Below, piece after piece: positions 15,133 to 28,931 of a stretch of 64,000 bases of DNA. The translations under genes and the position numbers were made by a program. Position 1 is the first letter of the stretch. Each line of letters begins with the position of its first letter. The notes under the pieces were generated by a model. It was not told the origin of the DNA. It saw only the letters and a program-made list of their open reading frames with translations, and did not search any database. The stretch lies in NCBI RefSeq assembly GCF_009914755.1, contig NC_060931.1. One strand, written 5' to 3'. Origin of the DNA: the human T2T-CHM13v2.0 reference genome, Homo sapiens.

Positions 15133-17491
15133 ACAGTTACCAAAAAATTTATTTAAGATTATCATAGCTATTAATATGTTGAATTCTGTGTCAAAAATGA
15201 TATTAGATCTTTATTATTGCAGTTCATTATATTCCCTAGATGATGAACTAGGACTTTAAAAACAAGGGTAAATTAATTTTCAGTAGTCTAAAGTTTCATA
15301 AATTAAGCCTCATAAATGTCTACTTTGAAATGGGCTTATTATCCTAGGCTGTCAAAAGTAACATCAGAACACAAAAGTCATTCTATATGGTAAGTGAAAT
15401 TAAGACATAACTTCACAAGATTCAGCATCTGTCTAGGGATACATATCATAGCTAATATCCTTAACTCCTCATAGGTCTTTAAAAATAAAACTCAACACGT
15501 ATTTACCAAATACCTGCCCTTTGTGTATCATTCCATCAGTAAAAATTACAAACCATTTTTTAAATGGTCCACACACAATTGCAGCAGATCGCTGCACTGC
15601 CCATAGTAATATTTACAGCCATGGATCTTTAATTATTTTTCTTGTAATTTAAACTTCTGTGTTGCAAGAACAAGGAAGTGAACTCTATCAATTTTCCCGT
15701 TTGAAGGACCAGTCCTAATGAAGAATAATACTACTGGGTTTTTAATTACACATACTTTTTAAACATTTTAATGGTAGGTTTATTTAACTGGTATATAGCA
15801 TTTTAAACAGTGTACATTTTTAAACTACTATTTGTTGGTGTTTCCAATTTAATAAATTGAATTTTGCACCATGGAAAAGCAATTTTGCAAACATCAGTAG
15901 CTTAAATCAAAAATAAATATGGTATAAAACGACATCACATAACTTCAAAATCGCTGCAAGTGATAATTTCAATCTGGAATTTGATCAAAGCTATTAGCTA
16001 ATAAATTGATCATTAAACTGCTACTGGAGTCAGAGTATCAGAAAATGGACTAAAACTCCCTGTGAAACAATCTGTCAGAGTGTACAGTCAATGTTTTCAT
16101 TTCATTCAGAAGCAGAATTTTTTCTGCCAATCAAGGATAATGGTTGGAGGGCTTTTTGGAGCAATAGGAAATCCTGTCACCATTTTCACAAGTGGAAAGT
16201 AATTGAATTAACCTCAAAATACTAACATTATTCTTCCTCATGTGCTGCTGAAAGAAATAGAATTACACTTCTAAAGAATACTGAAGTGTTTAAGGCAGGC
16301 TTAATGAGGGATCATAACTCTACACTAACCCTTAACTCCCAAGTCACGGGGAGAATATTGCATTCTATTGCAGTCTCAAATGCAAGCATTTTTCCCATAT
16401 ATAAAAGGAAGAAAGACTATAATAAACTAGTAATTTTATTTATATTTAAATAAAATTTAAATGTAAAAATAAAATTACATTAAAACAAATACATCTAAAT
16501 AAAAATAAATAGTAATATATACATATAAATAATAAACTAATAAAAGCTTCATTTATGATTAATGAACTAATAAAATAGCAGAAAATTAAAATTTAATTTT
16601 TATTTTTAAAATAACATTTAGATTAAAAGCCCATACTCCTAATAAACAATGGAATTTGAAACTTGTCACGTGAGTGGCCCTAAGACACAAATTACAGCTC
16701 TGTTTTAGACTCCTCAAGACAATAAGATGGTAAACCACTCTTTTCCTCTGTTTGAATGAAGTTCTGAGAATCAGGAGCCATTCCATTCTGTAGACAGTTG
16801 CACCTCTAATCAAGTGTTCAAGGTGGAAAGCTAAAATCCCTGGGATAAATGGCTGATGAAAGCAAAACTTCCCAACAGCACAGACCAGGAAAATAATGAC
16901 CAATATTTTATCAAAATAATTTAATATCTATTTGGATTGGCAGATGCCGGAGGAATTAAATTGTCCAGTTATAGGAATTATGGCTAATCTCTCCTTTGAA
17001 TTTTTTTAGATAAATTTTCTTCTTTACATAACAATAAAACAAATATTTCAAATATTCATTTATATGTTATATATACATATATACACATATACAAACACAA
17101 ATACACATATAAATATGAAAACATAAGTAATGAAAAATATTTCATCCACTTTTTGTGTATATGTATGTAAATATTTTGTGTATATGTATGTATATAGACA
17201 TATGTTTATACAAACAAAATTTAAAATGTGCTTTACTTTTTGTGGCTGTTTCCTTGTCTGGATTAACCAGTTATATTATTATAGTAACATTACTTTTCTG
17301 AATTTGATATAAAAATTCTGATAACACTAAAATTACTTATTGACAGGTATTCTCACAAGTCTCTGCCCATTTATTAGTGAATTGTTTAATCAAGTGATAT
17401 AGACCTTTTGTGTAATATTTATGTAGGTCTAACATCTTTCTAAGACTACATGGAGTTAAACTGATGTACCTTTAGAAACCTTTGACTAGTA

Positions 17492-17635
17492 TTTTTTAAG
17501 TTGATACATAATGATTGTACATATTTATGGGGTACAGTGTGATATTTTGATACATATATGCATTGTGTAATGATCAAATTAGGATAATTAGCATTTTCAT
17601 CATTTGAAACACTTATCATGTCTTTCCATTGGGGA
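17492..17635 (-). mobile_element. L1MA 3' end fragment
   Basis: ttgtacatatttatggggtacagtgtgatattttgatac..gtaatgatcaaatt. Confidence 0.75.
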
Positions 17636-17760
17636 CTGGTATCTTTCAAGATGTGAGTGGATGTTGAGAAAGGGCTTGTCTTTGAAGGAGGAGAAGCAGT
17701 ATCAAAATTAACTGTGAATCCATCCCTGTGCAAGAGCAAACGTAGCTGGGGGCATTCTCC

Positions 17761-18381
17761 TGTAGCAGATTCTGCTTTTTATCTGCTTACCATTCGTTCA
17801 CTTCTTTCTTCTTGTCCTTCCCCATATTTATTTGGCTAGCCACTCGATTCCATCCCCATCTCAGGAGCTAAATATCTACTGTTCTCACCCAATTATAACA
17901 ACCCCATTTTCTTGTCAGTAACTGGTTAGATGTTGACATGTGACACAATTCTGAACTGGTTAGATGTTGACATGTGAAATTTTGTCTTTCATGTGATATG
18001 TTAAAGAAATTTGGCTGGAGGATTCCTTGAAAATTTCCCTCATTATTAAAAAGATACATTCAAGAAGAGATAATTTCTACTTTCAAAAATGTTCATTATG
18101 CCTGCGTGGTTGAGTTGTGATGCTTGATGCTGCCACAGCCGACCTGTGACTAGGAGGAGTCTGAGGAGTGAGCTTAGGATAGGCATTGGGAAATCAGAAA
18201 GAACTTGAGTCCTCATTGACGTTGTTGAGCCTACACAGCTATGTGTACAAAGAGGGACTAGACTCTTGTACTCTGGAGCCTCCTATATGTGGATTTGTGT
18301 GAAATTAGGTAATAAATGTTCTTGTTTTATCCAGTTGAGGTAGTGTTTTATTATTTGCATGTTACAGCATTCTAAGTTCTA
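17761..18381 (+). mobile_element. Old MLT1 (K/L-like) LTR
   Basis: gagtcctcattgacgttgttgagc and terminal ttatttgca..agcattctaa motifs. Confidence 0.55.
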
Positions 18382-18504
18382 CTCCAGGTAAGAAGGGGAT
18401 TACAATCAAAGAAAATTACTATATATTAACCATAAAAAACAATGTTACTAATATACATGTAATAAAACTTTTTTTCATATGTTCTTTCTCACAGCTATAA
18501 TAAT

Positions 18505-18600
18505 AAACATTTTACAAATAGGGGGAGTGAGTATCTCGGAAGGAAGTTACTTGCCCAAGTTACGCAGCTAATGAATGCCAAAGACCAGACTCAAAAGTTG
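18505..18600 (-). mobile_element. MIR
   Basis: cattttacaaat..acttgcccaagttacgcagcta core. Confidence 0.65.
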
Positions 18601-19089
18601 TGCACTCTGTCTATTGTCTAACATCCATAAGCTGACCTTGTGGGATCTGTAGAACCCAATCTTTGATAAATTTATTTCCAAATTAATGATTCATTGACAG
18701 ATTTATAAAATGAGTAGGACTCGAACACTAATTTCTAAAAAATACCACTGGTAGAAAATTAAAATGTGTATTATTTCTCAGTCAGTTTGTATACTGGAAA
18801 ATTTTAATAGGTGGTGTTGGATGCTGTCTCAGGAAGCAGTTGAAGCACCAGCTCAGAACGTTCCAAACAGTTCAGGCATATAACACAAAGCAAGCTGCTC
18901 TACGCCTTCCCCACTTTTCTCCTGCCAATGTCACTCCCCAGAGTAGCTACAGGTAGCAGTTCCTGTAATATTGACAATAGATGTAAACTTTAAAAAAATA
19001 GTGTAAGTGTAATCTTTAGATATATGAGTCAAGCCATTATTTAAATGAAGTTTAAATATTGACAGATAATTTGATGTTCTCAAAGCCCT

Positions 19090-19738
19090 TTCACTGGTCC
19101 CTTCTCCTCCACTCTTGTCACCTCCAATCTATTCTTCCTAGAACAGCAAACACAATCTTCCCCCAAAAAACTCAGTTATATTGTTTCCCTGTTTACATCT
19201 TGCAGCGTTTTCCCCTTACTACTGGGAAAAATTCTCACTCCTTACCGTGAGCAAGAGTCGACATCCTCTGGCCCCTGCCTAGGTCATAGTAGGTGACATT
19301 CCTAATACTAATTCCTATCAGTTCTTTGAAGACACTAAGCATTCTCTGGCCTTAGGTTATTTGCATGTGCTGTTCCCTCCATCTGCACAGCTGTTTCTTT
19401 GCTCTTCTCAGGACTAAGTCCTTGTCTGTGCTTCTACCTCTGCAACAGTATCCCATTTACAGAGAAGCCTTCCCTGACCACTCTCACCATCCCACCTAAA
19501 CAAAGATTCCTTCACTTTTCTCTACCAGAGCCTCCCATTGTTTTCATAACACTCACTAAAATTAGCAATCATTTTATATATTTGCCTTCTTGTTTCTTTG
19601 TTGCCTGTCTCTCCCACCAGTATGTACGTTCCATGAAGAAGGGCCAGCATTTTCTTGTTTTGTTTTATCAGTATATCCTGAGTTTGAAGCACAATTATCT
19701 GATACTCCATCAATGGTGAATAAGTGAATGATTGAATG
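19090..19738 (+). mobile_element. L2 3' region
   Basis: tttgcatgtgctgttccctc, agaagccttccctgaccac, terminal tgaataagtgaatg. Confidence 0.75.
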
Positions 19739-20061
19739 CCGTTTATGCCAGAATGTGGAGATTTGTATTTATGAGTATTAAAGAGATAAAATATTACATG
19801 AAGAATTTATAGTCAGCCTCATTGTATTAGGATATTAAGACACCATAGACTGCTAAATGGCTGGATAAATCAGCTCCTTCTGAATTCTCTTAACAATTTA
19901 TATACATTTCTCTTCACTGTATGTGCTTTCTATTTTGTATCTCAGCTATTTGTGTTAATATATTTTCTATTTTATTAAATCACAAAGCCCAAGAGGACTT
20001 TAAGGACATCATTGGTTTTGTTTTCTTTGGGAAACAAATTGAGCTTTTCCTATTAAGCCCT

Positions 20062-20265
20062 GAGTGGTGAGAATACAGGGCAAGCAAAAACTCCAACACT
20101 GACTAAGCTGTGTGAAGTCTAGAATGTTGCTTAACCTCTATGCATCTTAGTGCCCTCATTTGTAGTGGGACCTGCCTTGCTACCTACTTCATGAAATGTT
20201 GGTAAATTCAGAAGAAATACTACATTCAATGGCCTGCACCTAACAAATGATCAATAAATGGTAAC
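20062..20265 (+). mobile_element. MIR
   Basis: agctgtgtga..gcttaacctct..ctcatttgta..caataaatggta. Confidence 0.6.
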
Positions 20266-20269
20266 TTTG

Positions 20270-20478
20270 GGTAGTGGGTTTAATGGTGTCCCCTCAAACA
20301 TATATGCACATCCCAGAATGTGTTAATGTGATTTTAACTGGAAAAAGTCTTTGCAAACAAATTATGGATCTCTAGATGACATCATTCTGGTGTAGCCTAA
20401 AGTCAATGACAAATGTTTTCTTTTAAGAGACACACTGAGAGAAGAAATCCTTATGACAAAGGAGGCACAGACTGAATT
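20270..20478 (+). mobile_element. MLT1B/C-like LTR 5' fragment
   Basis: gtagtgggtttaatggtgtccc..cagaatgtg..ggaaaaagtctttgca. Confidence 0.6.
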
Positions 20479-20659
20479 ACTTGAGCTCAAATTGTATATA
20501 TTACAGAAAGCAAACGTATCACTGCATGTGTATATGCAAATAGAAAGAGAAACGCATTTACAAGATAATTTGGACATACAACCCCATGTCATAATCTTGC
20601 TGAATCATTTTTATTATCTATGAAACAGTTACATTGGCTGGATTAGGAGTTGTGAATTT

Positions 20660-20800
20660 GGCATTACTAAACCATGTGGGACACCTGGGGGTTCCTGAAT
20701 CTCTGCCAATCCAGTAAAATGTTCCTTTTTCTAGGGAGAATGTGCATAGCTTTCATCAGATCTCAGATGGGTCTGGGACTGCCAAGAGAGTAATAAAGTT
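20660..20800 (+). mobile_element. hAT-Charlie fossil (MER103C-like)
   Basis: catagctttcatcagatctc motif. Confidence 0.45.
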
Positions 20801-21228
20801 TGGAAACTCTTGAAAGTTCTTTCTAGTTGTTGTATTAATATAATATGTTAGGTTTATATCACTTTAAAGCAGCCAAAGGGATTTGGCACGCTATTTTAAT
20901 CAGTAAGACTCTCTCTTTGAAGACCAAGACAAGCAGAAGAAGGGATTATAATAGAGGTTTCTTTAAGTAAACTTATCTTTCTCAACATTATAATAAAAAT
21001 CTGCAGGTTTTCCTATCCTTGTGTACAGTCTATCATTACCCAGCATGCTCCAGCAAAGGAAACAATCTCTATCGTCAACAATGTAAGTACAGACTCCAGG
21101 TTTCCTTGAACTCCGAAATTGCTATATTCAAGTTAAAGGGTCATAGGTGCATGAAGATAGAGAAAAGACAGTAAATGACAAGTACACAGTTTCCTTGTTT
21201 CTTTCAGCATAGGAGATTTCATGCTTAC

Positions 21229-21265
21229 TGGAATAGCTGTGATTCTGCATTTTGTACATTGAAGG
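21229..21265 (-). other. Candidate 37-nt internal exon
   Basis: Minus strand reads ttctaacctttattttacag|CCTTCAATG...CTATTCCA|gtaagc; branch-like tgactaat ~38 nt upstream of the acceptor. Confidence 0.35.
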
Positions 21266-21837
21266 CTGTAAAATAAAGGTTAGAATAGATATATATCTGA
21301 GAATTAGTCACTATGAAGTTCTTAGAATCCAGTTTGTCTTTTATTCCTTTCTAAAGTTTACCAAAGAGAAACTTAAAGATTTTCCACACAATATCATCAC
21401 CTAAAGCAAATGTCAACCGTACAAATATATAATAAATCATATGCCAAACATTCTTTAAAGATTTATATATATATGTTCACAAACTCAAGTTAGAATTTTA
21501 ACCAATTTGAGGCTTGTAAGAAATTAGGTAGTGCCTCTAGAAAGTGAAAGCAAACTTAGTTTTCAGTTTATTCACCAGGAATACATATGAAGAATATAGG
21601 GAATATAAATAAAATTATTAGATTATAACAAGGTGCTGTAGGTTTGGCATACCAGTTCATTTTACAGAGCATATGGATAAGCGTCCCTCATTATTTGCAA
21701 AGCATAAAAAAAGTTACGTGGATGAAAGTCTTCCACTTAGAAGTCATCAAGTTGGTCTTAGAAGTTGTACATTTAAAGAGAGATTGCTTTCCTCTAAAAA
21801 TAAACCTTGCTTTGGCTTTTAAAAATAACTTGCATTA

Positions 21838-21875
21838 GACAAGGCATGGTGGCTCGGGCCTGTAATCTCAGCACT
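21838..21875 (+). mobile_element. Alu 5' fragment (~38 bp)
   Basis: ggcatggtggctcgggcctgtaatctcagcactt. Confidence 0.75.
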
Positions 21876-22375
21876 TAGAAAAAATAGTAGAAAAAAACTA
21901 AAAACCATTTGTATATATATAAAAAGTTGTGGATATATGGTTGTGTAAATACATTATAGATACCCATAATTATACACAGTATATTTGTAAATATATAATA
22001 TTGTTCAGAAAAATGACAGTATAAATATAAATATTTAATAATCATGATTATATGAAAGGAATGAAGATGAATTTCAGTGGCAAGATATGCAACTATGTTG
22101 TGTAATTTTTTCAACCCAATAAAGTATTCAAGAATGATTTATATAATTAAAATATTTAAATGCTATTCTTAAGCAGGAATAAATTCTATATTTTTATAAC
22201 CTTTTATACTTCAGTTATCACTAGATTAATTTGCTTATTATGTATTTAAATTAATTATATTTTGTGTAAAAACTGACAATATTTATACTAATAATCTTTT
22301 ACTTGATGATTTTTAAAGTTTCTCTGTTTTTATGCTGGATATAATACTTGATTATCACAAGTTTAAAGAAGCTGA

Positions 22376-22677
<302 letters not shown>

Positions 22678-23078
22678 TTGTAAAAATCTCTGTAGTTGAA
22701 AACCTGGGCAGGTGAACATTAAGAACTGGCATTCTAAAGCAGTACTGAGTGATCTAAGCATGGCTTGGTCAGAGAAAGAGGGAATACCCAGTTAATGTGA
22801 AGAATCTCCAGTGTATAATTAGAATATTAAAGCAATGCCATCTGTTAATACTTCAAAGTAGTAAAGCACATCACAGAAGTCACTCATTACTATAGATGCA
22901 TTTCCAAATAGCTTAAAATTTAAGTGTTTGAACCTTTTTCCTCTATCCTACTCACCTTAAAATGATTTAATTTTGATCCTAAATGTTTTAAATTGTAGTA
23001 CATATTTACCTTGAATCACAGTAGCATGAAAAGTAAATGAGTCATAACAATAAAAAGCAAGAAAACACAAAAGCTTAC

Positions 23079-23480
23079 CCAGAGCGCAACTGTATAATCT
23101 GAAAACCTCATCCCCAAATCCCTAGGGCTACTTCTTGAAGCTCCTGGGGGATCTTTCAGCTATAGCATGCTGCTCCTTAGATGCCCCCAAGAAAGGCTGA
23201 AAAGCTCTTGAGTCTCTGTGGTGACATCTTTTGAAACTTCCTAAGGAGGTGATGTTGTCACTTCCCTCATCTGGACTGCTCACTAAGCTGAAGCGCAGGA
23301 ATTGGAAAGGAGAGCTCTCCTTCACATCTGTGTTCAATTAACTATTAGATTAGCATCAAGCGCCGCCTCAGCTCTGAGTACTTCATTGGCTCAGCCAATT
23401 ATCATTTTCTTAAGTTAATTATAATTTGACTCCATCTTTATTATAATGGCTAGGCCAGAAGGTAATCAGATTGGCAGGGT
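23079..23480 (-). promoter_or_regulatory. Candidate promoter and first exon
   Basis: Non-repeat, locally GC/CpG-richer; CCAAT boxes at 23385-23389, 23395-23399 and 23470-23474; TAATC motifs at ~23348 and 23463; strong donor TGG|gtaagc at 23079/23078. Confidence 0.4.
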
Positions 23481-23794
23481 TTCCTGCTACTCTCAACACT
23501 TTCTTTCTTCAGATTTCTGACAAATAATTATTCCTTTTTTTTACACTCCTCTCTTGTTTCTTCAGAGTGAGTTTCTTTCCTACCTGAGATTATTATTTAT
23601 CCAGATATCTATCCAGAGTATAATTATCTATGAGATTAAAAATTAATCTTATTCCTGAGAGACTTAAAGATTTGAGTTTCATAGATATAACTTCAAACCA
23701 AGCACATCCAGTCACTGATTTTCACATGGGGTTGCTCAGCGCTTATGGAGACTGCAATCTAACCTTCCCCACTCACGAGACATCTAGGCCTGAG

Positions 23795-24100
23795 CCATAA
23801 AGTAGACATAGAATGTGAATCACAGATTTAAACCACATATAAAACTTTACATCGTTTGTGAGCAACATTAACAATAAATAAATAAGAATCAGATGAAAAT
23901 TATTTTAAATATATTTTAACCCAATATATCCAAAATATTATTTCAATATGTAACTAATATCAAAACTTATTAATAAGATATTTTTATTTATTGAAATGGA
24001 GTATGTATTTTACACTCTATGGCACATCTCACTTTGACTAAAGTTACACTTCAAGTGCCCAATAGCCACATGTGGCTAGTAGTTATTGTATTGGATCATT
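23795..24100 (+). mobile_element. MER33 (hAT-Charlie)
   Basis: aacccaatatatccaaaatatta..caagtgcccaatagccacatgtggctagt..gtattgga. Confidence 0.8.
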
Positions 24101-24679
24101 CAAATATGAATGATCCAGAAATACCTGGTTTCAAAGTGGCTCAACAATGCATGCTTGGTCTAAAAACCTTAATGCTTTTATTAAGTATCAAATTTCTGTA
24201 TACCCTGTCCAGGGATAGACTTCTCACACCTTGAGAAATGGCTTCCTCAGATCAATATATCATAGCATACTATCTGAAATTATATGCTTTGTTCTTCTTT
24301 TTTGGATTGCAGAAATTGTATTTCTTTTTACTGTAATCATTTTTGTTGTATACTACATTGCTAGGAAAAACAATTTTCTTTTGTTCTTAAGATACAAGAT
24401 TAGTAACACATTTTCACTGTAAAATGTCAAACACCTAGAAACATGAATTAAAAAGTGAAAGTGCTCTCCCTTCATAGTCCCTATTCTGTTTTCTAGAGTT
24501 AACTTTAGATTTACTGTGTATCATTCTAGGCAACTTTCTATATCAGAGATATTTAGAAAAGGGTATTAAAAACCCAGATTTATTTACAACATTTAATGTA
24601 GGTTTTCTTCACCTAAACAAAAATGCATAGATTCACTGGCAAAATCTGGAGCGTAAATATATTTGATGACTATTGGAAA

Positions 24680-25207
24680 TATTAGGTTGCCTAAAGCAAG
24701 GCATTGCCCTGTCCTTTCTTGATGACAGAACCCCTATTTTGTCTGAGTGTTCACGCTCACCATTGTTAGGTGTACAGAGAAGCACTAAAAAGTAGAATAT
24801 TGATCATTTAAAGCAAATTAGGTAATTCCATTTCCTAGCCCATGACTGATTTGCTGGACATATGTGATGTAATTCTGCCCAATTAAAATGAGGGATAAGG
24901 GGAAGGGATTTTCTTGTTCAAAAAACTTAGCTGCATGGAAAGAAACAGTCTTCCATTTCTTCTGGACCTTGCTGTCTAGCTATGATGCCTGTAGACATAT
25001 TGGGCTTCTGAAAGGTTTCAGCCTAAGAGTACAAGTTAACATACAGAGAATCAGAGGGTGAAATCATGGACAGTGCCTGGATCTTTAATATGATCGCAAA
25101 ACTGCTGCTTTACTAGAATGTGAGATTATAATAACCTTCCCATATGTTAACTCATTGTTAGCTGTGATTTCTGTGTTACTTGAAGTTTAAAGCATCTTAA
25201 CTGACAC
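24680..25207 (+). mobile_element. Old MLT1 (J/K-like) LTR
   Basis: acagaacccctattttgt and terminal ttacttga..aaagcatcttaactgacaca. Confidence 0.6.
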
Positions 25208-26829
25208 AAAACATGAAGGAAAATGTTTCATATACTTTAGTAAAAATGAAATAGGAATTATTTCCATTAGTAAAATGAAATTTTAAGCTACTTGTTCTTG
25301 AGCAGGAAGTTTTAATTTTCTGTTAATTTATTTCTTAATGTTATCCATACATTATAAACTTTATCTTAGAGTTATTTGCAAAAAAAAAAAAAAAACAAGA
25401 GGAATTCTTTAAGGAATAGATAAGTAAATGTTTAGTTTTACTGCCGATAGAAATACAATTTACAAAATTTAGATAAGCAAAATATAAACACACTCTCAGA
25501 ATTATTTATTTTTAAAGTATTTTGAGTGCATGCAAATCTTTATTGGATTATAGGATATCATGGGACCTGCTGCCAGTAACAAATTAAAATTATTTTTATA
25601 GTATGGTAATTTTGTTACTGTTAAAATGCTACATTCTGTACATTGCTTAATGAGTTTTTCCAGCGTTCCAACTCCAAGTTTGAATAAAAGGTAACATAAA
25701 ATTTATTATATTTATGAATAAATAAATATATTTACCATAGATGATACAATATTAACAAAAAATAATTTTAGCTACAATTTGGTAAAGCTGAATTCAAATG
25801 TTCTTTGAACATTTCTATCTATTTTATGGTTTTTACACATATAAATTAAGAAAATAGTTTTTGTAAATTTAATAGAATAGGAGAAAATTATATAAGAACC
25901 ATATAAAACTGCCATTTTTTGTAGGCAAAATATTCACAGATGGGCAATCTCACAAGGTTTGAACAAAATAAACACATAAAACTTTTGCAAAAAGTACAAA
26001 AATAAATATCTTTGCATTTCAAGGGTTTTTGAAAATCATCAAATAAGTGTAGACTTCTTATGCCACTTGCCCTAAGAAACAAATCTAGAGCTCTACTTGA
26101 TACAACAACTGGAATATAGCAAATGAGACAGGGTGAGTGAGGATTGCATTTTTTAAATGTATTCACATCAATTTTTCTATATAATTTTAAATCAAGCATT
26201 TTGATCCAGTTATAACATGAAACCTAGCTTGCATATATAGTCATGCAAAAAATACAACCATAACATTGCCTTATAAGTGTAATGTTTTGTTCCAATTGTG
26301 AGAATAGCAATATTCAGAAGTATTTGTATATTAAAATAGCATGGTGCTTATATATTAATGAATATTTTAACAGTTTATGGAGAGTATAATGAAAAAATTC
26401 TTTACCATAAGCTTTAGAAATACTGCATATAGTAACGGTTTTATTTTTTAAATGTTATTTACATATAAAATAATGAAATTCGGACATCTTTTTTTGCTGT
26501 GAGAATTACTATTCAATATCAAACATACTTCATGCTAAAATCTGGACTGAAGCTAGATAAAATGAATAAATATATACTTAAAGTTATGCTAATAGGTATG
26601 TTGGTGGTAATAATTTGCTTGCTGTACTTGCAAAGTGTAAATTATTTCCAGGTTTAAAGTACTGTTGAGTCTATTCTGTGTTTTAGTAGTCTTTTTGGTT
26701 TATGTAATTTTAAAATAACAGATCTAAGTTTAAATTGTTTTTCCACCTACCCTCTACCAATGGCCATTACTTAGATTAAGCTAAAAGACCTGAAACATTT
26801 TCAAACACCACAGTAATATTTAGGAGTTG

Positions 26830-27215
26830 AAATTATCAATATTTGATGATTGAGTATTGAGGGACAAATTAAATGGAGAGAAGAAAGCAATAGGTTCAAT
26901 TTGCTATGCAAGAGGACATATCAAGTAATAGGCAGTTAATACGTTGGTTTGGTATGTAGAAAAATGTCTCAACTGAAGGTACCAAATTTGCGAGTAATTG
27001 CCATAAAGGTGCAAACTAAGATAAAAGGAGTGAATAAAACAACTGAAGTAAAGCCTGGTCCCAGAGGAAAGAGAAATAGGAGAGAAAGGTGTCTTGGAGG
27101 ATGACAGAAGCAGGTGTTTTAAAAAGGAGGACATGAATAAAATCAATTAAGCTGAGATCTAAAAGGTATTCATTGTAGCAGGCTGCTAAGGTAGTTTGTG
27201 GCCCAATCATGAAAG
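26830..27215 (-). mobile_element. L2 fragment
   Basis: Purine-rich L2-like antisense sequence. Confidence 0.4.
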
Positions 27216-27231
27216 ACTTTGTTTAATAAAC

Positions 27232-27400
<169 letters not shown>

Positions 27401-27495
27401 TAGTTACTAGCTAGTAGTGGAGCATCAAATCATTTGAAGTGGGGAGGGGCAAGATCATAAAATCAAATTTATATATTTGTAATTATCTCTGAAAC

Positions 27496-27526
27496 CTCTC
27501 TCTCTCTCTCTTTCGCTCTTTCTCTC

Positions 27527-27604
<78 letters not shown>
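27496..27604. repeat. Compound microsatellite (TC)n(TG)~23
   Basis: Read directly. Confidence 0.97.
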
Positions 27605-27606
<2 letters not shown>

Positions 27607-27799
27607 GGGGAGGGGGAAAGAGTTTTGGAGTTGAGATCAGCTAGAAATACATAATCTGCTCTAACACAGTCATTGTAGGATTGGAAAGTAAAGCACATAG
27701 ATGATACAATATTAACAAAAAATAATTATAGCTACAATTTAAAACAATAAACAATCTTAAAACAATATTTAGATATACAATCAAGAATACTTAGTACCT

Positions 27800-28070
27800 G
27801 TGAGTAGAGGCTGAGAAGCAGTGAGAAAGAATAAGAGATTCTTTCTATAAACCCTGGGCTTTATAGACTGAGGCCACCACAAGGACAGTGGTGCCCTTAA
27901 CTGAAAGTAAAGATGGAAGAGAGAAACAGGTTTGGGTTTTGTTGTGATGAATTTCATTTTAAACAGACTGAATTTGGGCAGTCAAGGTTTATCCATATGG
28001 AGAAATCCAACAAGCAGTAAGATGCCCGGGTCTAGAGATAAAAGAGAGTTCGGATGTACAGATATGTATC
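27800..28070 (-). mobile_element. L2 fragment
   Basis: gtggtgcccttaactga..gatgaatttcattttaaaca..ggtctagagata. Confidence 0.55.
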
Positions 28071-28931
28071 CAATCGGCCCTCAGTGCAAGAGCAGTGTAT
28101 CCATATATTTTTCAATTTTACTGTGGAAATACATAGCATAACATGTACTGTGTAACTGGAAGTTGGCTTCTTTTGATGGCATTTGGATAACTATAATTAC
28201 CTTCATATAATAATTGTTAAACTATATTCAAACCAGACATATAAAAATATTTCATTTCACATTTGTTAAAGAGTGTTTGTATTTGGAGGTACATGAACCA
28301 GCTCTGTACTTTTTTACAATACTATCACCAGCATCTTTAGTATTGAGGCTGTTCCATATGGTGAATTATGCCAATATGGAGAACTTTGCCAACTCATTCC
28401 AATTACAGATTGTTTTTCTCTAGACAGCATGGAGTATTTTTATGCTGTCTGTCAAAATACACTTTTTTGTTTGCTTTTCATATAACATTCAGTGTGTAAG
28501 AAGGTGAAGTGCTTACGTGAGAACAATTTAAATTTGTGCAGCCGGCAGGAAGTTTATTTAGCGCTTTGTTCCATAAGAGGGCACCTGAATTTTCAAATGA
28601 AATTACCAGGATTTTCCAGGTGCAGGTGATCAGATTAGGGATGGGAAATATGCCAAATATATGTAAACAAACGAACCATTTCCAAGAATGCTGAAGGAAA
28701 CAAGTGGAAAAGGATCAGACTAATCAGTGCTGGAATTTAAAGGACTGATAAGTTAACCTACTGGGTCTCCCCCAGATTGCCAAAATAATTATAGCGCTGT
28801 GCTGTAGAGAGGATGAGCGCAAACCTTCCTAGGTTTTTCTGGAAGGGTATGAATTTTGGAGTCTGTCTTTGCTCCCATATTAGAATATTTATTAGTACCA
28901 GATCACATGTATGATTTTTATTTTGAAAATA

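Noticed and set aside
17920-17977. CRISPR-like repeat-spacer-repeat
   Set aside because: Only two repeats with a 10-bp spacer, inside a mammalian LTR, and no cas genes
23128-23337. 69-aa minus-strand ORF in the candidate first exon
   Set aside because: Starts at TTG, stops before the donor and has no recognisable homology
28500-28830. Possible enhancer (FOX-like tgtaaaca, E-boxes, a few CpGs)
   Set aside because: Motif density cannot be told from chance without conservation or chromatin data
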